Shown: positions 49,701-60,949 of the stretch, in pieces
Layout: each line of letters opens with the position of its first letter
How positions within the stretch are numbered: the first letter of the stretch is position 1
Origin: Takakia lepidozioides
Lineage: Eukaryota > Plantae > Bryophyta
Direction: 5' to 3'
Length of the DNA stretch: 64,000 nucleotides
Assembly: GCA_030704615.1 (NCBI GenBank)
Contig: CM060732.1
Coordinates: 6,386,001 to 6,450,000, forward strand
The notes under the pieces: generated by a model
What the model was told of the DNA's origin: nothing
Database searches by the model: none
What the model saw: the letters and a program-made list of their open reading frames with translations, nothing else
Made by a program: the position numbers and the translations under genes

Positions 49701-52700
49701 CTTTGGTTAGCAGCCCACAGAAGGTAAAGTTGCCCAGTTGCAAGCCAGCCTTTTTCTTACAAATTTCTGTCTCGTAGGTTTCTTTTGAATGCTCCTAGAC
49801 ATCCTGCAATTCTGCATTAATGGGTCAGCTTCTTTGCATGCAGGCTTTGGTCACCTTGTGTAGACTTTGAGGATTGGCATGCCATATCCTTCGTTTACAG
49901 CTTGATCGGTCACTGCACGCAAAGGCAGGTCACACTGAGATGGTCTTCTTTCATAGACCTTTGTAGATCTATAGTAAAAAGAAACTGAAGGACTTCCACA
50001 CCACATCAGATACCACCCAAGCCAAAGCCAAAGCCAAAGCTCCTGAACATATGTATATCAGAGCTATGATAGATATTAACACCATAGTACAGAAGAGTCA
50101 GCGAGCATATTGAAAGAATACCTTTCATGCAGTTTCCAAACTCTATGCTATGCAACCAAACCTCATGTAGCAGCCACTCCTAGCTATCAAGGCAAAGGTG
50201 AAGCCTCGCATGCTCCCATCCCATCCAGAGCCACAAACAATAGTTGGTGGTTAGTGAGGAATAGCAGGCTTCATCGGCTTACCTATTTGTTGCCATGTCA
50301 CCAAGAAAGATAGGGCAATGAATGAATGACAATCTAAATGACAATCAAACATAATTTCCTTGCAAAGTTCTAGCATGTAGATCAATGCATGAGGAAGTAG
50401 TAAGGAAAACCTGCTCATGCCCTCTACGCGAGTGTTAGAGGCCATGGCTGTCAATCTCCAGTTTCACTCATCCATTTGATCATGCGCAAGCCACCAACTT
50501 AAGCCTTGAAGTCAAGTTGGCATGCGGTAGCATCTTCTGGAAACCCGCAGAAGTGAGAGAGGTCTCAGGTTGGCAGTAGGAAGGTCTTACAATCACTGAA
50601 GCTTTAAAAGTCAAACAATGTCGGAAACTACCTGTGTCAGGAGCTGACGCCGGTAGTATGACTTACCTTGGAACAGACAATTAATCAGGGTTTTCTAGAT
50701 ATCCTCTAGAAATCCCTTCACACAATCTGCTGTGTGTGGTTTGCTCAATAACTAGGCCCCAAAAGGGCCTGGGCTTTTGGCTCAGCCTTGAGACCCACTC
50801 AAGAGAGAGAATGTACTCATAAGACGTTGTTTGCCGTAGCCTTGTGGCCATTAACCCAGCGCTTAGTTTGAGCGGAACACAAAGGGACAGAAACTACCTT
50901 TGTCAGGGGCTGACGCCGTAGTATGACTTACCTTGGAACAGACAATTAATCCGAGTTTTCCAGATATCCTCTAGAAATCCCTTCACACAAGCATCAATCT
51001 GCTGTGTGTGGTTTGCCCAATAACTAAGCCCCAAAAGGGCCTGGGCTTTTGGCTCAGCCTCGAGACTTTCATAGTTAGTAAACAGAGGTTTAGGCACAAT
51101 TCCCTTGATGGATTTGAAGAGGGCATTTCTCTCGTGAGAGTACCCAGGACAATGAATCAGAAAATGAATACTGTCTTCAGGTTGCCCACGCAACGGGCGA
51201 TTGCAATCCCTCTTTCCTCTCTGCATCTGTGCTGTTCCAAGGTAGGCTTGTGACTTACGCAGCCTCAGGCGCCTGATATCTGTAACTGTAATTTGGCATG
51301 TTTTGTTTGTTTTTCAAGAAAGGGTAGTATCCTTCTTCCATTGGTCCCTACCTTTAGGAGGGTGATTTTGGCCATTATTCCAGTAGCTGTGATGTGAGAA
51401 ATAGGTTGACTAAATCAATGGCCTGAGAACTTAACAACCTGCCAAAAGTAAATGCTTTCTTCTGGTAAGCTAAAAGGAAGAAGTGCTGTTTGGCAGAGTA
51501 TAATCTAATATGCTCTTGTTTGTGCATGTTTTGTGTCAGTGGAATCAAGCGACTGAAAAATCTGGACAGGCTCAAGTCTTCTGGGCCTGATCACACAGAG
51601 TTCTACTGGCCAATCTATGCAACAGCCGCTGCAATTGGTGCTGTGCTGGCGTGGGTTTGGCTCTCACTTCTGTGCTTGCGAGCTGACCAGATGATCAAAG
51701 TTGCAGTTCATAGCATCACCACTTATCTGGCTGTTATTGCAGTATTTTGTTTCTGGCACCTTCAAATTTTCTGGGGCATTATGTTTGCTGTGGGAGCATT
51801 TGTGCAGTTTCTGTACTCTATGTCGGTGATGGACAGGTTGGAGGCCCCCGTTTTACCTCTTCCCTCCCAACTTCTTCTCTCCCTCTTCTCTCTTTCTCAA
51901 AAGGAAAGGCTTAACCCCAGATCAAAAATCTCTCTCTCTTCCCCCATATTCTCACTTCTGTGCGAGTCTGTGTTCACAAGGCTACAACATGAAGTTTATG
52001 GGTTTCTGCTCTTCTTCTTTCTGTATTTCTCCCTCTATGGCACTACCCTGCCCTGTCCCCTGTGCAATGTGCAATGTGACTCACAGTGAAATCACAGCTA
52101 CATATGTCACATTTTTCTTCAGTTAATAGGTTACAGGAAGAGTACACAGTATTCCCTCCCTTGTGTCCTTGGCTGGCTCAAGTGCTGTGACAATTTTTTG
52201 CTGTCTAAGGAGTTAACCGTCTCCTCTTTACATGGGTTTTGCAAATACCCAACTATCTAAACTGACAAAGTCCATCATATACAAGCAATGCATGCTGCTA
52301 TGACAGCTAGCAGCCATTATCAAGCTTATAATAACGATGCTGGCAGGAGTTGTAGTCAGATCCGCACATGTCTATGTCCCAAAAGCTCACCTCCTCAATC
52401 ACCTCTAGGAAGCATGATAACTATTCAGTGGGTATGTGCAGGCTTCCTTTCACAATGCTGGTGCTGCGAAAATCGGTAAAGTTGGTTGGGAGTTTGCCTG
52501 CAGCAATTCGAGTATCGTATGCATTTTTGGCAGTGATGCTGGTGTGGATGGTAATCTGGACCTTTGGCGTGTCAGGAGTGGTGGCATCAGGCATGGGGAC
52601 CGACGGCGGCATCCAGTGGTGGATTCTGGTGGTGAGTGTTTCCTCGCGTGTGGATGGAGCAAGCCTTCAACTGCATATTGGATGTTGGGAGATGTGATGA

Positions 52701-55700
52701 TGATGAGCCTAGATTACAAGCCTATGGGAGACCATAGAACTAAAATTCTTATGGCTAGTGAAGCATGGAAGCAAAGGTCACCAGTCGTCACTGCCAAAGT
52801 TGATGCTGAAATGACGACCTGTGCTTTCCTTTCCAAGAGGGACACCCACAAACAAAACAGCATATAAACAACCAACCCCTGGTGAACTTGCCTTCTACTA
52901 CAGCAATCAATTTGTACACAACCTCATCTGCGTGATGTACGTACATCACTTCATGAATAGAATCAGGTTTGCATGCATGATAAGATGAGAAGAAAACATG
53001 GATCTTGCACAACATGCTGGGTCTCAGCTACGGTTACGATTGAGACAATTATTGTCTTTATTTATAAGTAATTGCTAAATTGGTGCAGGTGTTTTCAATC
53101 AGCCTTTTCTGGACAGGTGCAATTGTGTGCAATACAGTGCATGTGGTAGTTGCAGGGTTAGTGACACTAGTACTAGGACAAGGGGTCCCAGGAGCTCCCC
53201 CAATGCCCCGCCACCCTGTGCTGCGGACTCTCCGACATGCAGTCACCACGTCCCTGGGAAGCATCTGCTATGGATCCCTCTTCACAGCTGCAATTCGAAC
53301 TCTCCGTTGGTCGGTGGGTGCTATATCCTCTGTCTCACCATCATTTCTCTCTCTTTTCAGTGAAGAGAGTAGAAGAGATTCTCAAGGACCTGGACCTGGA
53401 TCCGCAAGTCTTGACCCTGCTGGATAAATCTGACTTAGAGGCTGTAGTGTCCTCAGCCATGTCTGTTGCCATGAGATTGTCTGATGAAAATGAAGTTAGG
53501 CAGAAAACTTCCCTGAACTTGTTTCCAGTCTGTGACATGGGGGAGGACATCTTGGATGACCTCAAGGGTCTACCCACTCTCGGCACTAGACTGAAATTTA
53601 AACTCAGGGCAGGAAGCCTACCTTTGAACAGCAAACAGAAGCAGAGAGGAAAGGGAGAGTGCAATTGCCCGTTGTGTGGGCAATCTGAAGACAGTATTCA
53701 TTTTCTGATACACTGTCCGGGGTTCTCTCACCAAAGAGACACTCTCTTCAAATCTATTAAGGGAATTGTGCCTGTACCCCTGTTTACCAACTTTGAAAGT
53801 CTCGAGGCTGAGCCAAAAGCCCAGGCCCTCCTGAGGCCTAGTTTTTGGGCAAATCACACACAGCAGATTGATGCTTGTGTGAAGGGATTTCTAGAGGATA
53901 TCTGGAAAACCCAGATAAATTCTTTATATGGAGGTAAGTCTTACTACCAACGTCAGCCCCTGACAGAGGTAGGTTCTGTCCCTTTTGTTCCCGCTCAAAC
54001 TGGGCGCGGGGTCAATGGCCACAAGGCTACGGCAAACAACGTCTTATGAGTACAATCTTTTCAGTGGAGAACGTGTGAGTGCATCAATGTTGAACTTATG
54101 GATCCCCGTGCAAGAGCAAAGAGCCATGCACCCTGTGATGAGCCTCCAGCACAAGATTGGCTGCAGAACTGTGATGTGCGCTAATTTTCAACATCTTATC
54201 ATTCACCTGCAGTTTTTTAATCCTGGGCTTCCAGAAATCCAATCTTATCTCTAACAGTGGGAGCTCATGTTATTCTCTCTCTGTGTGTTCTTTGTTAAAA
54301 GCCAATGAACAGTTTATGACTTAGCTGAGTGCAGGACTAGCAAAAGGTGTGCTGAAGATCATGGCCACTCTCACATTTAGTAAATGTGAAGTAATGAAAT
54401 GCTTAGGTACTTTGTGACAGTTTGCTCTGCTCCATGATTTTCAATAGCATACCTAAGAAGCCTTAGTGAGCTTGTCCTCATCTATCTCAAGGTATATGAT
54501 GGTTCAAGTCTTGAAAGTCAAAAGTCGGTTTATAAGGGGTTTGGTATCTCATAGGAACTTCGCATAGGGCAGTTCCTTCGCCTGCAGCTTCTACACTAAT
54601 GTGTTTGCATATGAGAAACATATGTTGACTCAATCTGAAATTCAAGGTCAATTTTCACGCAAAAGGAAGATGATTGAACTATTTGTGGCAATCTTTTTAC
54701 ACTGTCTTTGTTTGTAACAGGGTAATCTTTCAGCAGTCAGCTGAAGGTTCTCACTTACATCTTTTGATGTGCAATGCAGATAAGGGGTTTCAGGTCGCAG
54801 ATTGGTCATAACGAGTGCCTGCTGTGTTGTGTGGACTTTTTATTCAATCTGGTGGAGACATTGGTACGATTTTTCAACAAATATGCTTATGTCCAGGTTG
54901 GTTTCATGCCTTAATGGTTTCATGCCTTAATCTGGACCAATGGTCTAATTGAACATTGTCATCAATGTTTTGCAAAGTACAAGAGCTTTGGCATGCCACC
55001 CTCGTCTCTTGTAGAATCTCAATGATCACTTACTACTTAACTCTAGAGGGACAGTAAGAATGTTACACATCATAGGCAATCGTTTGCCAAACCTCTACTG
55101 GTTTTGTTTTTGCAGGTTGCCTTGTATGGGAAAGGCTATAACCATGCTGCCCGTGATGCATGGGAGCTCTTCCAGCTGACTGGCGTGGAGGCATTGATAG
55201 CGTATGATCTCTCAGGGGCCATACTGTTGATGGTAACAGTGCTGGGAGGTCTGGTCACAGGAACCTGTGTGGGCATCTGGGTATGGTTTGTGCACAGAGA
55301 CCGTGTGTCTGTCGTGGGCGCCACCTCCATGCTCATGGGCATGATACTGGTTGGATGCCTTACTTGGCTGTTCCATGATTTTGTCTGTTGGTCTTTGTCT
55401 GTCTGTTTTGCTATGGGCGTCCTGTGGACATAATAACTTTTTTTCTTTCTTCCGTAAAGCTTCGAGCATGGTCTAATGAATTTATCTTCCGTCGAGAGAC
55501 ATCCCTGATGATAGAATCTTGCAGCCCAATTACCTTTCGGCACCTATATCTCCTTCCCTCCTGAGGGCATTGGGGCGGTTCAGGGTGGGCTCCCACAATC
55601 TACAGACACAGACTGGTAGATGGGAAAACCTGCAACGGGAGGACCGCCTATGCCCAGCTTGCACCGGGCATAACCAGGAAATTGAAACTGAAGAACACTT

Positions 55701-56247
55701 CTTCTTTTATTGCCCTCTATATTATGAGATCCGTGGGAGATTCCACTGTCTATTGCGTGGAACTCAAACTCTCCCTGAAGTCTTCTGTTAGGATTAGAAA
55801 TGCTTGGCAGCTTACCTGCTCGAGGCCTTGACCCTTAGACAATCCCTTGAGCAATAGTTGCTTTTGGGCTATTTTTTGGCTCTGGTTTTGTTTCCTCTCT
55901 CTTGTTTTTTCCATTTTGTCCCATAAGCTCTTTGAGCTTTCCGCAGACGTTATAAAGTACTATTCATTTCATTTCATTTCTTCTTCCTCTCTTATGTGAA
56001 ATTTCTCAAATCTCCTTGCTCTATACTGCAGGTTGGCTCAACACTGGTAGTGGTTGAAAGTGCAGTGACCTCAATCTATATCTGCTATGCTGAAGATCCC
56101 TCCCTCATCAGCCGATGGGACCCTGACTTCGCAGACCAAATTGCAGAGATGTTGCACCAACGGTTACATTATCGGAGTGGTAGAAATGTACCTTCCCACA
56201 TACTACCCAAGCCATTGCCAGGGGTCATGCAGACTGAAAGAGCCTGA
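40768..56247 (+). CDS. Choline transporter-like (CTL/SLC44) membrane protein; exons 40768-40770 (tentative ATG), 41269-41435, 51540-51836, 52442-52631, 53089-53313, 54780-54896, 55116-55349, 56032-56247
   Basis: GT-AG introns with a continuous frame; motifs RRWRDVFW, VMDRLPFTMLVL, SLFWTGA..CNTVHV, TTSLGSICYGSL, RFFNKYAYVQVALYGK, VVESAVTSIYICYAEDP. The start exon is uncertain. Confidence 0.93.
41698..46460 (-). mobile_element. Near full-length APE-RT LINE (family A; RTE/RTEX-like) in a CTL intron
   Basis: N-terminal ORF 45309-46103; APE endonuclease (GTFNFSG, GQET, LLGDFNARVG, SIVDY, SDH); RT (NYRGITLL, QAGFR, GVAQGCTLSPLLF, FADD); CCHC finger; 1-nt frameshift at ~43693; candidate TSD CAGAGA at 41692-41697 and 46461-46466. 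Confidence 0.95.
45355..45735 (-). repeat. About three tandem ~140-bp coding repeats in the LINE N-terminal region
   Basis: EGFGTLNxLPILKVYTRRAxSIHGVIVPKxSDGQSV is repeated, with the third copy shortened. Confidence 0.9.
46535..49890 (-). mobile_element. Older, heavily degenerate near full-length family A LINE with internal duplications
   Basis: Fragments of APE (LLGDFNA, duplicated at 49030-49500), RT (GVAQACTLSPLLF) and zinc finger; duplicated block at 47180-47410; ends in (GA)n at 46525-46537. Confidence 0.9.
50622..51250 (-). mobile_element. Two adjacent 3' fragments of LINE family A (50622-50795 and 50811-51250)
   Basis: EAEPKAQALLG..YWANHTQQ segments; the 3' end at 50811 abuts AGAGAGAGA. 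Confidence 0.9.
53363..54055 (+). mobile_element. 5'-truncated LINE (family A) in a CTL intron
   Basis: Nearly identical to the 3' end of 41698-46460; 11-bp TSD TCTTTTCAGTG at 53352-53362 and 54056-54066. Confidence 0.95.
55454..55980 (+). mobile_element. 5'-truncated LINE (family B, RTEX-like) with a (CATTT)n tail
   Basis: LGRFRVGSHNLQTQTGRW...RLCPAC...ETEEHFFFYCPLY C-terminal motif; tail CATTTCATTTCATTTC; candidate TSD TTCTTCC. Confidence 0.85.
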
Positions 56248-56842
56248 TGTGAGAATGCCAACTGATGTGGACAAGAGGTGTTTTATTTGAAGTTGGTTAG
56301 TATGAGAGAGCCTTTACTACAGATGGTGGACCATAGTTGCAAATCTACCAGATAATCTGAGGCAGGCTTATGTTACTGCGGGGCTGATTGCACAGAGACA
56401 GACAAGAAGTACTGACATCACCTTTTCTCCTTTTCCACTAAGCAGCCCAGAAAATGGTGTTGCAAATTTGGGTAGGTGTCGATAGCAGAGTGATAGAAAG
56501 GTACCCAACTTTATTGGGGATCATCCTAGGCTTGGTAAGTGTTGGCCACGACGGATGAATGAAGCCCTATTTGAGGGTTCTTGTATACAAGCTTCAATTT
56601 TTGTGGATTTTTTGCTTCAGAGGAATCAATTGTTTTGGACAATGACCTGACCGTGCCCCTTTTGAGTAGGATTTTGGATGCCTTTTAGAGTGAGGTAGTT
56701 CTGGGTGTGGCACTAGATGGCATGGGGGTAAAAGAGAGCTCAACCTTTATGTTCTATCTAAGGGCAGTAAGGTCTTTGCAACACTAACATTTAAAAGGTA
56801 GGAGTGTGGATCACTAGTCAACTCCACCATTGTCATGCCCCA

Positions 56843-57221
56843 CTACCTCTGTCTAAGGCATCGTGGACACAACCATTCTCCAGTAAGAACCTCATCCAGT
56901 GGCGGTGTCAAGCATCCCATGTGCCACCCCCTTGAGCATCTATCACACACCATCATGGTGGCGGCACCACCAGCATGCTCACATAACATGCAACGCAACC
57001 CTGCAGGTACGATTGCAAGGTTGGGATCTATCCTCCCATCCACATGTGGAAGGTGACATGGCGCACAATTGTGCACATGGTCCTTACATACCATGCTATC
57101 TCGACCTCCAGAATCAACACTCCTGAAGGCAACACCTTTCATACCCGTAGAATTACACGTCCTGTTGTGACATCCAAGGTCGTTGGTGCTGTCTGCTGCA
57201 GATACACATAGTCCCCAGGGT
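56843..57221 (-). mobile_element. Second Ty3/gypsy integrase C-terminus with PHD finger
   Basis: PGDYVYLQQTAPTTLDV...VLPSGVL...KDHVHNCAPCHLP...CMLC...CDRCSRGWHMGCLTPPL...WLCPRC; homologous to 4975-5072 plus 6195-6445. Confidence 0.9.
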
Positions 57222-57729
57222 TGTAGAATAATAGGAATTTCTGGTTAGGCTATGATTTTAAGACTTTTTAACGCATTTTCTTGTCGATATACTCTACGAT
57301 ACCTTCGATATTGCTGCGATAGAGCAGTGTTCCTCGATATTTTGTAAACAGTCAATAATATGTCCTTGACTAGATGATAGAAGAAATAAATAGATGACTA
57401 TTTTGGATGGATAGAAGAGGTTGCACGGTTATCGAAGTTGTTGGAGCAACTCTGCTATTTATTCCGTTCATGTGAAATAGATGATGTCAGATGAGCCAAA
57501 AGAGCCGTGACCAAAGTAGAGTGGGTCTGTGTGTGTGTAGGAGCTAGAAGATAGAGTTATTTCTCAATGGTAGATTAGTATTGCGATATTGCAATGTAAT
57601 GTTTACGAATGAATAGAAGAAAATAAGGGAAAGAAGTAAATTCAATTCAATCTATTTTCTTTGAGAAATGGAATGATGGAATGTGAAACCGATTCTGAAT
57701 GTAATGAATGGAAGATTATGATTGTGTGA

Positions 57730-57998
57730 GATGGTGAGAATTTGCATATTGAAGAAGATGATAATTCTGTGCGGGAATTAATCCCTGGGCTACCATATCA
57801 ATTCTGATATTTAATAGTCTATTATGTAATGATGCAGAATTAGTGCAATTAGAGAGTGTAAATAAAGCCTGGTATAAGGAGTTTATAGAACATTGTTATC
57901 TGAGATGTAAGTGGATCCAGATGTGGTGTTGTCTTTTAGATGGATATCCAAAATATATGAAGACGCGAATAAAAGACTTTGGGGTAGGGAGTCCTTGA
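57730..57998 (+). pseudogene. F-box-like micro-ORF 1 within the LTR (frameshifted)
   Basis: ELIPGLP/(frameshift)SILIFNSLLCNDAELVQLESVNKAWYKEF. Confidence 0.55.
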
Positions 57999-58043
57999 TT
58001 GAATTAAACAAGAGAGATTAATGGTGAAGAAGAGGGCATCTGA

Positions 58044-58328
58044 ATGGAGAAGTTAGATGATGAAGAAGTAAGAGAATCGTCAGAGTTGATTACTAATTTA
58101 CTAGACAATTTGTCGATATATATCTTTAAGAAGCTGTGTTGTAGTGATATAGAGATTATCCAATTACAGCTTGTGAGTAAGGGATGGTATAGGGAATTAT
58201 CTATCCTTTATAAAAAAGATTATTGGAGAAAAAAAATAGTTGAGCAATGGTATTTAATTTCCGCCGATGGAGCAGAGTTCATAGAGGATGTTTATGAAAT
58301 CTGGAAGAATAATGATCGTGTTAGATGA
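58044..58328 (+). CDS. F-box-like micro-ORF 2 within the LTR (94 aa, intact)
   Basis: ATG start, acidic leader, then ELITNLLDNLSIYIFKKLCCSDIEIIQLQLVSKGWYREL; paralogous to micro-ORF 1. Confidence 0.55.
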   Translation: MEKLDDEEVRESSELITNLLDNLSIYIFKKLCCSDIEIIQLQLVSKGWYRELSILYKKDYWRKKIVEQWYLISADGAEFIEDVYEIWKNNDRVR

Positions 58329-60949
58329 AGATGACTGGTGTTAAAAGTCGATCCATTGAAGGGATAGAGAGAGAGAGAATAGTCTAGCATCGTTATTTCA
58401 CAATCGTATAGTGCTTTCCTTGTGAACGAACCTCGAAACTAATTGATCCTTTTCCTAGGGTTGATTCTAGTTTTTATTCTACATCTTTTTGGCGCTGCTG
58501 CCGGGGAAAGACTATGCGGTTGAAATAATGATATGTTGATCACAATTTCTAAGATTTTCTTTTGATTGGTGTGACTACCAAAGAAAGGCGGGATGACGGG
58601 GGAAGTCATTCGTGACAGTAAGATTCCACCACCTAGTTTAAAATTATGTCCTTTTTGCAATCCACGAAATCAGCACAAAAAGACAGAAATTCCTGAATGT
58701 TATGGAGTCAGAGGAAGAAGGCTAAATCGATTGAACCTTCAATTTCTAAGGAAGACGGAGATGCTACCCCTAGCGGTAGGCAAGGAGGACCAGATAGACT
58801 TATCACCTAAACAGGGGGAGCAGGTGACGACACTAGAATTGTCTATCGCAAGAAATCAAGGAGATCGTCTTGTGTTTTCGATAAAGAAGAAAGGGGTATG
58901 GGGAATGAGGGAATCCCCTGTGAGAAGGGAACATCAGGCTAAGGCAAGGGCTGAGCGATTGGCAGTGCGAATAGCACGACGTGCATTATTAGCCGCATAG
59001 CTAGCTGCAGTATCAGCACCGCCTAACGTACCTCCTATCGTATCTATCGTACCGCCTATTGTACCAATATCTATGGTTGCGGCTGTACCCATTGGAGTTA
59101 ACTCACAGTCGATTCCGGTGGTAGTGAACTCGGGAGGCCCGGGTGATAGACTAGTCAATGTATCGCCTATGCCACAGTTCACTGGTCTATCAACATTTGG
59201 CCCAGTTTATGACGGCTTGTATCGCCAACAATGCTAGGACAGAAGATTGGTGGCGAATGATGTGGAAACGTTGCGTGAGCTACCTTTTCAATGGTACAAT
59301 CGTCAACCTCATGGCATCTATACTGATTGGAATGCCCTAAAGACAACCTTTCTGACTCAATTCAGGCCCTTCGGTTTTACCAATCGTTTGCGTGAGCAAT
59401 TGACTAAGCTCCACATGGTGGAAGGTGAATCAGTCAGCTCCTTTGCGGGACGATTGGAAGATATCCTCCAGCGATGGAATAACCATAACATCCCTGACCA
59501 TATGCAGATGGGTCTTTTTGTGGAAGGATTGATGCCACAGGAATTGAAGCGGTTTGTAAAAGAAGGAACATTGGCCAACCTCCAAGCAGCCCTCAATCGA
59601 GCTAAATTATGGGAAACTATTAATGTCTCCACTTATTCAATTGCGCTTGGCAGGATATTTGATACTAATTCTTGGGCCTCAAGCTTCGGTATCCGTGTTG
59701 CCATCGGCCATAGTTTCATCACCTCAAACTACTGTGGGAATGTATGCCCCCACGTCCTTGTAGAATCAGTTACCAACTGGTGTAGTAATTGATCCGCAAG
59801 AAGGACAGATTGCCGCAATAACTAAGAGCTCTCCGTGCAATTGGCTACTAAGAAAGAAGGAAGGCCAAAGCCAAATAATCAGAGAGCCAATATGTGGTGC
59901 TCTACTTGTCAAGTTCAGGGCCACCCTGCTAATGAGTGCCCATTAAACCCAGTGACCAATCCTACTAATGGAACTGGCGTCAAATGTGGATATTGTGCCA
60001 AGACAGGACATGTGATATTGTAGTGCTAGAATTTGCAATCGGCCATGGGATTGGCCCCAGTTAAGAATAATCAAAGGACTGGATGGGATGTTAACCAAAT
60101 TGGTTTAGCAAATTGGTCTGAACAGGCTTCTCAGATGCAGCAGCCATGGCGACCAACCCGGGGACCACAGAGCTGGTATCAGCCAGCTAATCAGCCCGCT
60201 CGACAGCAATTGAGGGGAATACCATCTCAGGGAGCCTATGGACAATCTTATGGAGGCGGACAGCAATAGCAAACATATTCGCAGCAGTCCAATTCTTCTT
60301 ATCGACCTCCTGCTCGGCGATTACGGAATGGACAATATCCGATTTGTTTCCGTTGCCATGAGCTTGGTCATATTGCTAATGAGTGCCCCAACCGCAAGGC
60401 TCTTGTCGATTATATACCATTGTGTGGTCATTGTGGTGGTCAAGGACATAATGCGGTGTAGTGCGATAGCCTGCGTACCCGCAAACCCCTTTGCATCAAC
60501 CGCCACAATCGGCACCAATGCCACCAGTATCGAATGCGGTTCATTCTGCACCAGGGCCATTTCATTCTTTTGGGCCATCTAATCCCACTCGCCCTGTCAA
60601 TTGGCTCAAGGTGCAAGACTGTTTTGAAGATACGAGTTGTTTGGCTGCTTCATTATTTCTCGATAGTCTGTCCATGAAGACTAAGTTGAAGGGGAAGTCT
60701 AAGCTCGAAGATGAGTTATCTGGCGGTCAAGCAATTTCCTGATGGCCTGCCTTGGATAAGGAACATCCAACGGTGAAGGAGTGACAACAAGACAGCGCAA
60801 GTTGCTCCCTATGGACCCTATCGTAGAGGAGAATGTTCCAAAGATGGCTGATATTACCCCAGTATCGCTGCCCATTGTGTCCGAAGGTATAACCCTGCAT
60901 GCCGCGGAGTGACGTGGTGAGATTTCACTGGCGCCCTTTTTTGGCCGCC

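Larger units (their letters stand above)
57222..60900 (+). mobile_element. Truncated Athila-like Ty3/gypsy: 1262-bp LTR (57222-58483), tRNA-Asp PBS, degenerate gag
   Basis: 10-bp terminal inverted repeat TGTAGAATAA...TTATTCTACA; PBS TGGCGCTGCTGCCGGGGA at 58490-58507; gag WNALKTTFL...FVEGL with several CCHC knuckles at 59890-60460. Confidence 0.88.

Noticed and set aside
53237-54049. CTL-LINE fusion ORF
   Set aside because: It starts out of frame in a CTL exon and runs through the intron into a truncated LINE; no evidence of exonisation.
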